A DNA stretch of 32,000 bases from Candidatus Korarchaeum cryptofilum OPF8 (GCF_000019605.1 NC_010482.1:660001-692000), one strand, 5' to 3'. Shown: positions 1 to 9,526, numbered from the stretch's first letter. The notes: generated by a model from the sequence alone, not told the origin. Program-made: numbers and translations.

Positions 1-1
1 G

Positions 2-781
2 CTCAAGATAAGCGTTTATAAGTGCGGGTTCATTTACTCCAAGCTGAGGAGACCTCAGATAGAGAAAGTCGGAGTCGTAGCTAATGATATAGATTACTCC
101 CTGTCCTTCGATATGATAAGGGATGCCTTTGAGAGGAGGGGAGTCGGAGTCGACTACTTAGGGAGCGGGGCGAGGGCTCTGATAGCGGCCCAGAAGTACA
201 GGGCCGTCATAATACTCGGAGGTCCTAAGGCGCCTATCGTGGGGAGAGGGGTCATCCCGATAATGGGTGAGGAGAGGAAGGAGCTAGGGGAGAGGGGATG
301 GGTCATAGTGACGAGGCCCTGGGGAACTGGAATTGCGGTAGTCATAGCTGGAGCTGATAGGTACTTGACCAAGGAGGCCGTGAAGAAGTTCCTATCGAGC
401 GAGCTCTTCGATCAAGTGGTTAAGGTGGTGAAGGAGGGGAGGGAGATGAAGAGCATCTCAGAGAAGAAGGGCTTAGTTGAGCTGGTATCCTCCTCCGGGA
501 GATGCGGTTATCAGGAGGGCCCCAGCCTGAGCGTGAACGTCAGGGGGAGCTATGCTTACGCTAACTACAGCCTGGGGCACGCTAATCCCTGCGCTAAGTT
601 CGTCCTGAGGGGATACAAGATGGAGGGTAACAGGATAACGATCGAGCTGAGCACGGAGGAGACCGCTGAGATATGCGTCCAATGCATCGGAGTGATATAC
701 GCCAACCTCGTCATAGGGCCCCTGCCCCCTGGAAGCTATGAATTATGCATAGGAGGGTTGTGCGTACCATTCAGGGTCTAA
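2..781 (+). CDS. hypothetical protein, 5' end probably outside the window
   Basis: The frame of track ORF 113..781 stays open with no stop back to base 2 (..LKISVYKCGFIYSKLRRPQIEKVGVVANDIDYSLSFD-MIRD..). The C-terminal half is Cys-rich. No family recognised. Confidence 0.5.
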   Translation, partial: LKISVYKCGFIYSKLRRPQIEKVGVVANDIDYSLSFDMIRDAFERRGVGVDYLGSGARALIAAQKYRAVIILGGPKAPIVGRGVIPIMGEERKELGERGWVIVTRPWGTGIAVVIAGADRYLTKEAVKKFLSSELFDQVVKVVKEGREMKSISEKKGLVELVSSSGRCGYQEGPSLSVNVRGSYAYANYSLGHANPCAKFVLRGYKMEGNRITIELSTEETAEICVQCIGVIYANLVIGPLPPGSYELCIGGLCVPFRV

Positions 782-782
782 T

Positions 783-1577
783 CTACTCAATTTTTTCGTA
801 AATATATATTATAGGTGAAATTATTGATGAAATTGACGTGAGGATATAGAGGACTAGGATCACGTGGAGGGGCATCAGAGTACCGGTGTGGAAAGCTAGC
901 GTGAGGTAGAGGAAGGATGCGTAGAGGGCTGCAGTTGGTACCACTATGTATGGATTCGCCAAAACACCTAGATACTTGCGAGCCACCCCCTCATCTAGCT
1001 CCCTCAGTACGAGGAACTGCACAGCTATCGAGAAAAGAGGGGCTAGGAGGAACAGGGGAAGGAATAAGTTCGTCGATAGATCCCTCAATTCATTTTCCAG
1101 CGCTGAGATATTTGTTTTATCTTTCTCTATAGCTTTCTCTATCCTGCCTATAGTGTCCAGAGTATCCTGAACTGCATAAGCGAGCTCCTCCTCGTAGAAG
1201 CCCTTGAGGGTGTACCTGTAGGGCATCCCCACTATCTCCGAGACTACCCTGCTGTCCTCGAGCTTGAATCTGATCTGACCGAAGTTCTCCAGATCGTATG
1301 TGAAGTTCAGGTCCTTGAGATCTCCCCTCCATATCTCATTACCCGCGAAGGATATCCTAATGGATTCCCCCTCCCTGGAGTAGCTGAAGAGCCTCAGGAC
1401 TAGAGGGGCTATGGCTTCCCTCCTCAGGTCGGCCTTTATGCTCAGATAGTTTATCTCGTTCCTCAGTACATCTATCTTCTTTGATGTCTCCCAGATGCGC
1501 TCCATCTCGAAGAAATAAGATCCGAACGCAGTGTATATTGCTATTATGGACAGGAGGAGTATTATGAGTCCCTTCAT
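783..1577 (-). CDS. hypothetical membrane protein (N-terminal TM, central helical/coiled segment, about 3 C-terminal TM helices)
   Basis: 264-aa ORF with hydrophobic N-terminus MKGLIILLLSIIAIYTAF and a hydrophobic C-terminal third. Its ATG overlaps the stop of the upstream DUF763 gene by 4 nt (1574..1577), which implies co-transcription. Confidence 0.55.
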   Translation of the reverse strand: MKGLIILLLSIIAIYTAFGSYFFEMERIWETSKKIDVLRNEINYLSIKADLRREAIAPLVLRLFSYSREGESIRISFAGNEIWRGDLKDLNFTYDLENFGQIRFKLEDSRVVSEIVGMPYRYTLKGFYEEELAYAVQDTLDTIGRIEKAIEKDKTNISALENELRDLSTNLFLPLFLLAPLFSIAVQFLVLRELDEGVARKYLGVLANPYIVVPTAALYASFLYLTLAFHTGTLMPLHVILVLYILTSISSIISPIIYIYEKIE

Positions 1578-2650
1578 CTCGATCCACCCGAGAGCCTGAG
1601 AAGGGCTTCCCTCTTCTCATAATCAGATAGCCTGGATTGAATTATCCCGGAGCGGAGGACCTCTACAGCTCTATCCATGAGCTTGGGCCTCACTGGGAAG
1701 GGGACCCCGTCCTTGCCCCCGAATGCGAAGCTGTACCTAGCTGGATCCCTCCTGCTAGCTGGGGCATCGTAAATCACCTCAGCTACTAGGGAGAGGGCCC
1801 TGAGTAAGGAGGGCCCTATGCCCCTTATCAGCAGGAGCTCCTCATAATCCCTCGGATCCATCTGATTAGCTACCTCAACGGCCTTCCAGTCTATCCTGAG
1901 GGGCATCTTGAGGTACCTCACGCCCAAATAGGGGCTCAGAGGTCCTGCCCTCATCTCCTCGATGAGGCCCTCAAGCTTGGATCTGCCCTCCCTTATCAAG
2001 TCCAAGGAGGCCCTTCTATTCTCCTCCGATTCCCCAGCAGCTAGGTTGAGGACCTCCTCCCTGCTCTCAGCTATCACACCGTAATGCGGGTCCATCAGGA
2101 ACCCCCTGATATTTTGGGAGATCCAGTGATACCTCCTCGCCGTCCTCTTCTCCACGTTCATCCCCTGCTGTATCACCGCCCACTCACCGTCCTCGGTGAA
2201 GAGGAGGGCGTGATGGTATATGGTGTGGCCGTCCTGGACCGCCGCATTATCTACTTTAGCTGCGAGCCTGCTCACCCTTTTAAGCTCCTCTATAGATTGA
2301 TACCCGAGGGAGAGGGCTTCTCCTTTCCTCTCTATCTCATCAGGAGTCTCTAAAGCCCTCTTCCCCTTACCGCCGCAGAGAGCTATCCCCAGATCCTCCT
2401 CATCCAGGACCTCCCTTATAACGGCTGTCAGGACTGTGGTAACGCCAGATGAGTGCCAATCGTATCCTAAGACGCAACCCAGGGATTGGAACCAGTAGGG
2501 ATCGCTTATCCTGAGCAGGAACTCCCTCCTGCCGAACTCATTCACAATAGTCCTTATTATCTCCCTCCCCAGCGCTTTCATCCTGGAGTAGAGCCAGGGA
2601 GGGGCTTTCCCCTCGTGCAAGGGGAGCTCAGCTTCTCCGACTATCCTCAT
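1574..2650 (-). CDS. DUF763 domain-containing protein
   Basis: 358 aa. The N-terminus LPLHEGKAPPWLYSRMKALGREI...LLRISDPYWFQSLGCVLGYDWHSSGVTTV matches the conserved DUF763 N-terminal signature as I remember it. An A/T box sits about 27 nt upstream of the ATG. Confidence 0.7.
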   Translation of the reverse strand: MRIVGEAELPLHEGKAPPWLYSRMKALGREIIRTIVNEFGRREFLLRISDPYWFQSLGCVLGYDWHSSGVTTVLTAVIREVLDEEDLGIALCGGKGKRALETPDEIERKGEALSLGYQSIEELKRVSRLAAKVDNAAVQDGHTIYHHALLFTEDGEWAVIQQGMNVEKRTARRYHWISQNIRGFLMDPHYGVIAESREEVLNLAAGESEENRRASLDLIREGRSKLEGLIEEMRAGPLSPYLGVRYLKMPLRIDWKAVEVANQMDPRDYEELLLIRGIGPSLLRALSLVAEVIYDAPASRRDPARYSFAFGGKDGVPFPVRPKLMDRAVEVLRSGIIQSRLSDYEKREALLRLSGGSR

Positions 2651-2689
2651 CCCGAGAATTTCGAAAGATGGCCTAATAATCTTTTTCCA

Positions 2690-3076
2690 TCAGTGACTGA
2701 TGCGTATGAACTCGCTCAAAATCTTCAGGAGGAGGGAGAATAGGAGGGAGGATACTAGGATAAAGAGGGAGCTGAGCACAGAAGTAGTTAGGAGGTAGCT
2801 GGAGAGGAACCTGAACTCTAGGGCATCCTCAATCCCTCTAAGATACCAGGAACTCAGGAGGAGCTGGACTAAGAGGAGGGGAAGGATGAAGGAGAGCAGG
2901 TAAATGGGTATTTCCTCAAGATCATATCGGAAGGCCAGTATCGATAGAGCTAACGCTATTAGAATATAGATCTCGAGTATTGGAAGCTTCATAGAATTCA
3001 GGATCCATATGAGATCTCCTACTGAAGCTCCAGCTACAGCGTAGTAAATGAACGTTATTCGAGCCCTGATCAGCAT
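2690..3076 (-). CDS. small hypothetical membrane protein (about 4 TM)
   Basis: 128-aa strongly hydrophobic ORF. Its ATG overlaps the nitroreductase stop (ATGCTGA, 3070..3076), suggesting an operon. Confidence 0.5.
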   Translation of the reverse strand: MLIRARITFIYYAVAGASVGDLIWILNSMKLPILEIYILIALALSILAFRYDLEEIPIYLLSFILPLLLVQLLLSSWYLRGIEDALEFRFLSSYLLTTSVLSSLFILVSSLLFSLLLKILSEFIRISH

Positions 3077-3648
3077 CCCTCCCTCAGTAACTTCGGCATC
3101 GTAGGCTTATGCACGAAGGGGGCTCCATGCACCTCCGAGAAGACGAAGCTCTCCATCTTCCTCCTCCTAGTTGGCCTCTCGACCTCCCTAGTCTTCCCTA
3201 TAACTATTATAGCGACTGGCCTCCTATCGGGAGGTGCCCTCACTACCTCCATCACCTTGGAATCATCGAAGGCCCCTATCCAGCATGTTCCGTAGCCCAG
3301 GGCATGAGCTGCTAACATAGCGAAAGTAGCGGCTATAGTGGCATCTTGGAGTGAGTAGAGCTCAGCTCCCCTCCTCCCGTACCTCGTCGAGGATCTCTGC
3401 GGGACTGAGAGGAAGACTAAGTGAACTGAAGCGTTTATCATGAAGTTCTGATTGTAAGAAGCTCTTGCTAATAGTTTCTTCCTATCAGGATCCCTCACCA
3501 CAACTATCTCGTAGGCTTGTAAGTTTCCGGCTGATGGAGCGCTGCATGCGGCTTCCAGTATTATGTTAAGGTGATCCTCGCTCACCTCCTCCCCGGTGTA
3601 ACTCCTGATGGACCTCCTCTCGGAGAAGACATCGAATATATCCGGCAT
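3070..3648 (-). CDS. nitroreductase family protein (FMN-dependent)
   Basis: 192 aa with RRSIRSY near the N-terminus, NLQAYEIVVV and CWIGAFD-type motifs typical of the NfsA/NfnB-like nitroreductase fold. TATA-like ttaaaaataaaa lies about 24 nt upstream. Confidence 0.8.
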   Translation of the reverse strand: MPDIFDVFSERRSIRSYTGEEVSEDHLNIILEAACSAPSAGNLQAYEIVVVRDPDRKKLLARASYNQNFMINASVHLVFLSVPQRSSTRYGRRGAELYSLQDATIAATFAMLAAHALGYGTCWIGAFDDSKVMEVVRAPPDRRPVAIIVIGKTREVERPTRRRKMESFVFSEVHGAPFVHKPTMPKLLREGC

Positions 3649-3766
3649 CGTATTATTGTGAATGTTAAAAATAAAAGGATTTCTGAATTTTTGAGGGATT
3701 ATCCTATTTATAGGGCCCTCTATCCCATCGAGGTATTGTTAAAATGCATCTTTAAATCACGCATGG

Positions 3767-4897
3767 ATGATCGCTGGGATGGGCAGCTGCGCGGTATGCG
3801 GTAGGTCCTCGGACCTCATAGCGAGAGCTGTGGGGGTCTGCCTAGATTGCCTAAGGAGCGATCCTAAATCTGTTGAATACGCTCTCTCGACTCACAGGAG
3901 GGAGAGAGCCAGGATAGGGCTGCCGCCGGAGCCTCCCAGAGGGGAAGGGATTAAGTGCGGGCTCTGCGACTCTGAGTGCGTGATCCCGGAGGGAGGGCTC
4001 GGTTACTGCGGGATAATGATGAACGATAATGGGAAGCTCATTAACTTAGCTGGATGCCCTGAGAGCGGTCTCCTGGAGTATTATTATGATCCGATCCCGA
4101 CCAATTGCGTCGCCCACTGGTTCTGCCCAGCATCTACTGGCATAGGCTACCCGAAGTGGTCCGCTAGGAAAGGATCCGAGCTCGGATACTACAATTTATC
4201 GGTTTTCTATGGAGCTTGCAATCTGGATTGTCTCTTCTGCCAGAACTGGTTCTTTAGAGATCTTACTATAAGTAAAAGACCTTTAGTGAACTTCAGGGAG
4301 CTGATTGAGGCTTCCTTGAGGAGACCAGTCACTTGCGTCTGCTTCTTCGGCGGGGATCCATCCCCTCAAGTATCCAACGCTCTCCTAGTGGCTAATGAAC
4401 TGATGAGGATGGGGAAGATAATGAGGATATGCTGGGAGATGAACGGGCATCTGAATCAGAGGACTATGGTAGCTGTGCTCAATAGCTCCCTCAGGAGCGG
4501 GGGGATAGTTAAATTCGATCTCAAGGCGTGGAACCCGAGCGTCTACTTAGCCCTGACCGGCAGGGATATAGGGAGCGTATATGAGAACGCTAAATTAGCT
4601 CTTAATCTCTCCCTGGAGAGGCCAGAGGTACCTCTATTCACAGCCAGCACTCTACTGGTCCCGGGATACGTAGATGAGGAGGAGGTCAGGATGATAGCTA
4701 GGTTCATAGCTTCCATAAACCCCGACACACCTTACAGCCTCCTAGCATTCCACCCGAGCTATTTAATGACGGATCTACCGAATACGAGCAGGAAGCACGC
4801 TATGGAAGCTTTTAGAGCGGCTAAGGATGAGGGGCTCACTAGAGTGCATATAGGGAATCCCTGGCTCCTCACTAGGGAGGATTATCAGTCTCAATAA
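3767..4897 (+). CDS. radical SAM enzyme, pyruvate formate-lyase-activase-like (AmmeMemoRadiSam-system type)
   Basis: 376 aa. CxxxCxxC radical SAM motif GACNLDCLFCQNW. N-terminal CAVCG...CLDC and CGLCDSEC...GYCG cysteine clusters, as in the TIGR04337-like family. Confidence 0.75.
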   Translation: MIAGMGSCAVCGRSSDLIARAVGVCLDCLRSDPKSVEYALSTHRRERARIGLPPEPPRGEGIKCGLCDSECVIPEGGLGYCGIMMNDNGKLINLAGCPESGLLEYYYDPIPTNCVAHWFCPASTGIGYPKWSARKGSELGYYNLSVFYGACNLDCLFCQNWFFRDLTISKRPLVNFRELIEASLRRPVTCVCFFGGDPSPQVSNALLVANELMRMGKIMRICWEMNGHLNQRTMVAVLNSSLRSGGIVKFDLKAWNPSVYLALTGRDIGSVYENAKLALNLSLERPEVPLFTASTLLVPGYVDEEEVRMIARFIASINPDTPYSLLAFHPSYLMTDLPNTSRKHAMEAFRAAKDEGLTRVHIGNPWLLTREDYQSQ

Positions 4898-5576
4898 TAT
4901 CTAAGAGCTGCCAGAGGCTCTCTATCCTCGGCAAATTCCCGCAGTTCACTTTAGATCCTCTGAGCTCAGCTAGTTTAGTGTAGTGAAATGCTCTGAGCCC
5001 CGACCTCATGGCACCTATGACGTCCTGGTAGCACGAATCCCCCACGTGAATTATCTGACTCCCATCTAAGCCCAGTTCACTCTTCAGAGTCCTGAAGATC
5101 TCAGCCTGAGGCTTGATCAACCCCAGGTCCGATGATGATAGTATCACATCGAACAGATCTAATCCGACGTTCCTCAATATCCCCCTTATGCTCCTGGCTG
5201 AGAAGGATGTGTTAGAAACTAGAGCTAACTTAATCCCCCTCCTCTTCAGCTCCCTCAGCACCTCTGGAGCCTCTTGATTCAACCTGGGGGTGAATCCATC
5301 AGTGGATTCCTCGTAAGCTCTCACTAGGCCATCTACATCCAAGCTCACGCCCAATCCCATTAAAACCATGCCCAGCAATTCCCTCGCGGGCAAGAGCATC
5401 CTGAATTCCTTAGTGGCTGCGTAAGCTTCCCTTATCACGCTCTCCTCTATATCATATCCTGAGCTTCTGAGGAAATCCTTTATCGCCCTGACCCTCATTC
5501 CCACATATATTTCCTCGTCCTCCTTAGTCTCCCATATCAGAGTGAACCATAAGTCGAAGGAGACGGCCCTTATCAA
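4872..5576 (-). CDS. HAD-superfamily hydrolase (subfamily IA / haloacid-dehalogenase-like)
   Basis: 234 aa. Motif I VSFDLWFTLI, motif II LVSNTS, motif IV HVGDSCYQDV. The 3' end overlaps the convergent radical SAM gene by 26 nt. Confidence 0.75.
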   Translation of the reverse strand: MIRAVSFDLWFTLIWETKEDEEIYVGMRVRAIKDFLRSSGYDIEESVIREAYAATKEFRMLLPARELLGMVLMGLGVSLDVDGLVRAYEESTDGFTPRLNQEAPEVLRELKRRGIKLALVSNTSFSARSIRGILRNVGLDLFDVILSSSDLGLIKPQAEIFRTLKSELGLDGSQIIHVGDSCYQDVIGAMRSGLRAFHYTKLAELRGSKVNCGNLPRIESLWQLLDIIETDNPP

Positions 5577-5603
5577 ATCGACCCCCTCGATAATATCGTT
5601 GCA

Positions 5604-5897
5604 TTAAAAATTCTTGAGCTTCCTCTCCAGCTCGAAGATAACGGTACCGCCGCAAGTATATGGTGGTCCGGGGTCGGGGCATTGCACGTAACCCAGATCT
5701 CCGCTCCCTATACCCAGGAGCTCCGCTTTAATGCCCTTCAGGAAGGGACTGAGGAGAGTAAGCATAGAGGAGAGGGCGTGTATGCATACCCTTCCCTCTA
5801 CGCAGAATCCTATTATGGAGAAGGAATCACCCTCTGAGTAACCGGCGGCGCATCTCCCCCTGACCTCCTTGACCCTAACTACGACCTCGTAGCTCAT
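5604..5897 (-). CDS. TIGR04076 family small Cys-rich protein
   Basis: 97 aa. The pattern GRCAAGYSEGDSF...GFC..ALSS..P......VQCPDPG....V.FEL resembles the TIGR04076 family as I recall it. Confidence 0.55.
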   Translation of the reverse strand: MSYEVVVRVKEVRGRCAAGYSEGDSFSIIGFCVEGRVCIHALSSMLTLLSPFLKGIKAELLGIGSGDLGYVQCPDPGPPYTCGGTVIFELERKLKNF

Positions 5898-5914
5898 GCT
5901 ATAACCTCCTCAAT

Positions 5915-6406
5915 TCAGTGCGAGAAGATGAGCTTAAGGATATCTGAAGGCTCTAACCTCATTCTCACCCTTCCACCGAATCCCACTTCCCTCTCCAAGT
6001 CTATGAGGCGATCATTTATTATTATCCTGGGCTTGCCGACTTTCCCCACCATGAACTCCAGCTCAGCGTAACGCTTGGAGATATTGGAAGCGCGGAAGGG
6101 TCCCCCCTCATGACAGAGGTAATCCAATTCCTCGGGATCGACTTGGGGCTCCTTCTCACCATTAGGATCCTCGTAAACTAATTCGAAGAGCTTAAAGGAT
6201 CCATCGCTCACTAGGAAAGTTTCTGTCACGTTCAGCCCGAAGAGGGAGTTCTTCCACTTGTATATGATAGCCTCTCCCTCATCCAGGAAGGAAGAGTATA
6301 TCAGCTTGCCCCTCTCGACATCGAGGAGCTCAACTAAGTAGCTTTCAGGTATCAAGCAATAATTGGAGAATAAGAGAAAAAAGATTATAGGAATTGCCCA
6401 CTTCAT
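5915..6406 (-). CDS. DUF1850 domain-containing protein (TRAP-TAXI associated)
   Basis: 163 aa with an N-terminal signal/anchor. It abuts the TAXI receptor gene with a 0-nt gap. DUF1850 genes are characteristically found beside TAXI TRAP transporters, so the call rests on size, position and context. Confidence 0.5.
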   Translation of the reverse strand: MKWAIPIIFFLLFSNYCLIPESYLVELLDVERGKLIYSSFLDEGEAIIYKWKNSLFGLNVTETFLVSDGSFKLFELVYEDPNGEKEPQVDPEELDYLCHEGGPFRASNISKRYAELEFMVGKVGKPRIIINDRLIDLEREVGFGGRVRMRLEPSDILKLIFSH

Positions 6407-7489
6407 CTATCCCTTTATCACTCCCATCTCCTTGAAGAACCTCTCAGCTCCGGGATGTATGTACTTGCGAGCTTCCTCGCTGGCTTGCATGTAAGCTTTC
6501 TCTGGCGTTAGCTGAGTTGCCTTCTTCCAAGCTGCTGCTAGCTCATCCAAGTGGCCGAATATGGCTTTAGCGATCTCATACAATCTATCCTCCGGGAAGT
6601 CCTTCATCACAGCGATTACGGCAGTGATGCCTATAGTCTCCACATCCTCCTCCAGCCCGGGATACGCGCCCTTAGGTATCTTGGTCTTGTGGAATACCGC
6701 CGGATACTTCTGGATTATCTTATCAGCTATCTCTCCTGAGATCGGTATGAACTTTATCTTGAAGCCCGGTGTCGTTGCTAAATCGACTATCGAGGAAGTG
6801 GGCACAGCGCCGCTCCAGAAGAAGGCATCCAGCTTCCCATCCTTCAAAGCCTCTCCTGAATCCGCTGGAGAAAGCTTCTCCCTTACGATATCTTTATTAG
6901 GATCTATCCCCAGGGCTGATAGCACATATAAGGCCTGCTCCTCAGTGCCGCTAGCTGGAGGGCCTGTGCTAACCCTCTTGCCCTTGAGATCGTATATGGA
7001 GTTTATCCCGGAACCCTCATATGTCACTACATGGAGGGGTTGCTCATATAAAGCCAAGAAAAGCCTCGCAGGTTCCGATTTATTCGATACTATGGAGAGC
7101 TTGCCCTGATTGAGCAGCACTATGTGATAATCGTAGCAGAAGGCCATACCGGCTTTCCCGCTCACTAAGAGCCTGAGGTTATCCCCTGCTGCCGTCGTGA
7201 CCTCAGCTGTCGCCTCGGTATCTGGGACGTACTTCGTTATGACTCCGGCTATCGCTCCGCCCAGTGGGTACCAGACACCTCCCGTCGTCCCCGTAGCTAT
7301 GCTGAAGGACATCCTCTCCCTCTTAGTTGTAGTCGTTTCAGTTGGAGTCGTCCCGGTCGGGCTAGTTCCGGTTGGCGTTGTCGGAGTCGTTGGGGCTGGA
7401 AGCGTGAGATAATAGCCGAGGGCCACTAGGATAATTAGGATAACGACTATTATCAGGGCGAGGACCCCTCTCGATATACCTCTCGTCAT
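6407..7489 (-). CDS. TRAP transporter solute receptor, TAXI family, membrane-anchored with Thr/Pro linker
   Basis: 360 aa. TAXI signature IATGTTGGVWYPLGGAIAGV. N-terminal TM helix followed by PAPTTPTTPTGTSPTGTTPTETTTT. GAGGTGG Shine-Dalgarno-like element 4-10 nt upstream of the ATG. Confidence 0.85.
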   Translation of the reverse strand: MTRGISRGVLALIIVVILIILVALGYYLTLPAPTTPTTPTGTSPTGTTPTETTTTKRERMSFSIATGTTGGVWYPLGGAIAGVITKYVPDTEATAEVTTAAGDNLRLLVSGKAGMAFCYDYHIVLLNQGKLSIVSNKSEPARLFLALYEQPLHVVTYEGSGINSIYDLKGKRVSTGPPASGTEEQALYVLSALGIDPNKDIVREKLSPADSGEALKDGKLDAFFWSGAVPTSSIVDLATTPGFKIKFIPISGEIADKIIQKYPAVFHKTKIPKGAYPGLEEDVETIGITAVIAVMKDFPEDRLYEIAKAIFGHLDELAAAWKKATQLTPEKAYMQASEEARKYIHPGAERFFKEMGVIKG

Positions 7490-7525
7490 AGGACCACCTC
7501 GGCCCCACTCCCCAGACCGGTGATA

Positions 7526-7537
7526 CTTATAAATATT
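7526..7537 (-). promoter_or_regulatory. internal TATA-like box upstream of the TAXI receptor gene
   Basis: The minus strand reads aatatttataag about 42 nt upstream of ATG 7489, followed by GAGGTGG. This suggests separate, stronger expression of the binding protein. Confidence 0.4.
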
Positions 7538-7550
7538 GTGTTAAGAAGGC

Positions 7551-7570
7551 CCCGGAAATAAATAAAAATG
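7551..7570 (-). terminator. oligo-T tracts after the TRAP permease stop
   Basis: The minus strand reads catttttatttatttccgggg directly after stop 7572..7574. Confidence 0.35.
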
Positions 7571-7571
7571 T

Positions 7572-9491
7572 TTAATGTTTTTGCGCCGAGCTCTTCAATC
7601 CCTTATATGCCCTGAAGGCTACTATCGCAGCTGAGATTATGTAGATGGGTATAGCCCAGATCGAGAATATCCAGAAGGCGAGGAGGGAGCCCGATACTAT
7701 CAGCAAGAACCTCTCTATTTTCGAGAAATCTACCCCGATGTGACCCACGCTGCCTATGGCCAGGAGTAGTAGGGAAGCTATAGATACAGATGTGGCGATC
7801 AGGAAGCCCTCCGGATCCGAACCAACTATAAGTAAGTTGGAAGCCAATTTATTCGATGAGAACATGAAGGGAACGAGGAAAGTGGGCAGAGTGTACTTCC
7901 AAGCTTGCATCATGGCCTTGTAGACATCAGCTCCCGTGATGGCTGCAGCAGCTGAGGGAGAGAGGGCCACCGGCGGCGAGACCTCGGACAGGACTGCGTA
8001 GTAGAATATCAGCAGATGGGCTGCATGAGCGGGTATGCCCACGTGTACGAGGGCAGGAGCTATTATCGGGACGCAGACGACGTAAGTTGCCGTTATGGGG
8101 AGGCCGAGTCCTATTATTATCGCTGATATCGCCGCAAGTATCATGACGAACACGTGTATGCCGCCGCTCAGCTCTATTATCATATGCGATATCTTGAGCC
8201 CCAGCCCAGTTAGAGTGAAGGCCCCCGTTATTATACCAGCTGCAGCCAGTAGAACAGCTATTGAAACGAAAGATTTCGCAGCGTCGTAAAAAGCTGAGAT
8301 AAGCCTTCTAGGTGTGAGCCATTCCTCCCTGTTCTTGCTCAGGAAACTCGTGAGTATCACTACGAGTATCGCCCATAGTGCGGATGTCGCCGGGGATCTG
8401 CCTAGCCCCACTAAAACTACGAGAACTATTAAGGAGATCAAATGATAGCCCTTCGTCTTGAAGACATGCTTAAGGCTCGGCGCCGATATCTCGGGGGGCT
8501 TGAATGCGTACTTCCTCGCTTCAACTTCCACCATGAAGAGCATGGCTAAGTAATAGAGGACAGTGGGCATCAGCACCATCAATATTATGTCCCAGTAACT
8601 CACATCGAGGAATTCCATCATCAAGAAGACGGCCGCTCCCATGAGGGGAGGGGATATCACTGCCCCTATGCCGCCGGCCGATATCAAGCCAGCTGCCATC
8701 TCAGCAGTATATCCCGCTTCCTTCAGCGTGGGCCAGAGGACGGGGGTTAGGGACATGGTGGTAGCGACCCCGCTCCCCTGGGGCCCGCCCAGGAGGGCTG
8801 TAGCTAGTACAGCCCCCCTTCCAGCGCTAGAAGATTTCCTCCCCATCAATGAAGTAGTCAGATCTATCCAGAAGCTTCCGGCACCAGCTGCATCCATTAA
8901 AGCCCCATACAAGACGAATAGGGACACATAAGAGGCAGCAACGCCGAGAGGGACGCCGTATACACCATCTAAGGTCATCACCAAGTGGCCTACTATCCTC
9001 TCTATATCGTACCCCTTGTGGGATAGCGGGCCGGGTATGTAGTAACCGAAGTACATGTAGGCTATGAAGAAGATGACTATTACCGTGAAAGCCTTCCCGA
9101 TAGACCTCCTTGTGGCCTCTACCAATATTATGAGGAGGATTATCCCGAAGAGCACATCGTAGAAGTTGGGTATTGTCGACCTATATGCGTAGTACTCATC
9201 AGCTACGGCATAAGCTATTGAGATTACCGCTAGCGCTCCCAGTATCAAATCAATTATGAGAGCGAGTCTGCTCCTGAAGAGCTTTTTTGATGGCGGATAT
9301 TGGAGGAGCATGAATAGGAGAACTAAAGCCAGGAATATCATCCTGAAGCGGTAAGTTTCTATAACGAACAATGCCCCTAGGATGCACCACAGGATCATGG
9401 AGATTCCAACTGCCATAACAGGGTACTTTGAGATCCCTCTGAACTCTCTAACGGCTCCCTCTTCCTTCTCAGCCTCGCTCATAGGAGCCAC
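7572..9491 (-). CDS. TRAP transporter fused permease subunit (4TM/12TM, TAXI-type)
   Basis: 639-aa polytopic membrane protein directly upstream of the TAXI receptor gene. The track start is GTG at 9491. ATG at 9482 (MSEAEKEEG) fits a leaderless start about 26-30 nt from the A/T box at 9507..9526. Confidence 0.8.
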   Translation of the reverse strand: MAPMSEAEKEEGAVREFRGISKYPVMAVGISMILWCILGALFVIETYRFRMIFLALVLLFMLLQYPPSKKLFRSRLALIIDLILGALAVISIAYAVADEYYAYRSTIPNFYDVLFGIILLIILVEATRRSIGKAFTVIVIFFIAYMYFGYYIPGPLSHKGYDIERIVGHLVMTLDGVYGVPLGVAASYVSLFVLYGALMDAAGAGSFWIDLTTSLMGRKSSSAGRGAVLATALLGGPQGSGVATTMSLTPVLWPTLKEAGYTAEMAAGLISAGGIGAVISPPLMGAAVFLMMEFLDVSYWDIILMVLMPTVLYYLAMLFMVEVEARKYAFKPPEISAPSLKHVFKTKGYHLISLIVLVVLVGLGRSPATSALWAILVVILTSFLSKNREEWLTPRRLISAFYDAAKSFVSIAVLLAAAGIITGAFTLTGLGLKISHMIIELSGGIHVFVMILAAISAIIIGLGLPITATYVVCVPIIAPALVHVGIPAHAAHLLIFYYAVLSEVSPPVALSPSAAAAITGADVYKAMMQAWKYTLPTFLVPFMFSSNKLASNLLIVGSDPEGFLIATSVSIASLLLLAIGSVGHIGVDFSKIERFLLIVSGSLLAFWIFSIWAIPIYIISAAIVAFRAYKGLKSSAQKH

Positions 9492-9506
9492 CGATCCCCA
9501 CGCGAG

Positions 9507-9526
9507 TTTAATAATATAAATATTTT
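9507..9526. promoter_or_regulatory. shared A/T-rich TATA region between the divergent TRAP permease and HD-domain genes
   Basis: tttaataatataaatatttt is the only A/T box in the roughly 35-100 nt between the two divergent starts. Its centre lies about 30 nt from ATG 9482 on the minus strand. Confidence 0.5.

Noticed and set aside
6561-7109. 182-aa plus-strand ORF (also 6551..6739 and 7197..7412) inside the TAXI receptor gene
   Set aside because: It lies antisense to a gene with a clear family signature. The product is low-complexity and Ser/Pro/Gly-rich, typical of a shadow ORF. It has no promoter or SD.
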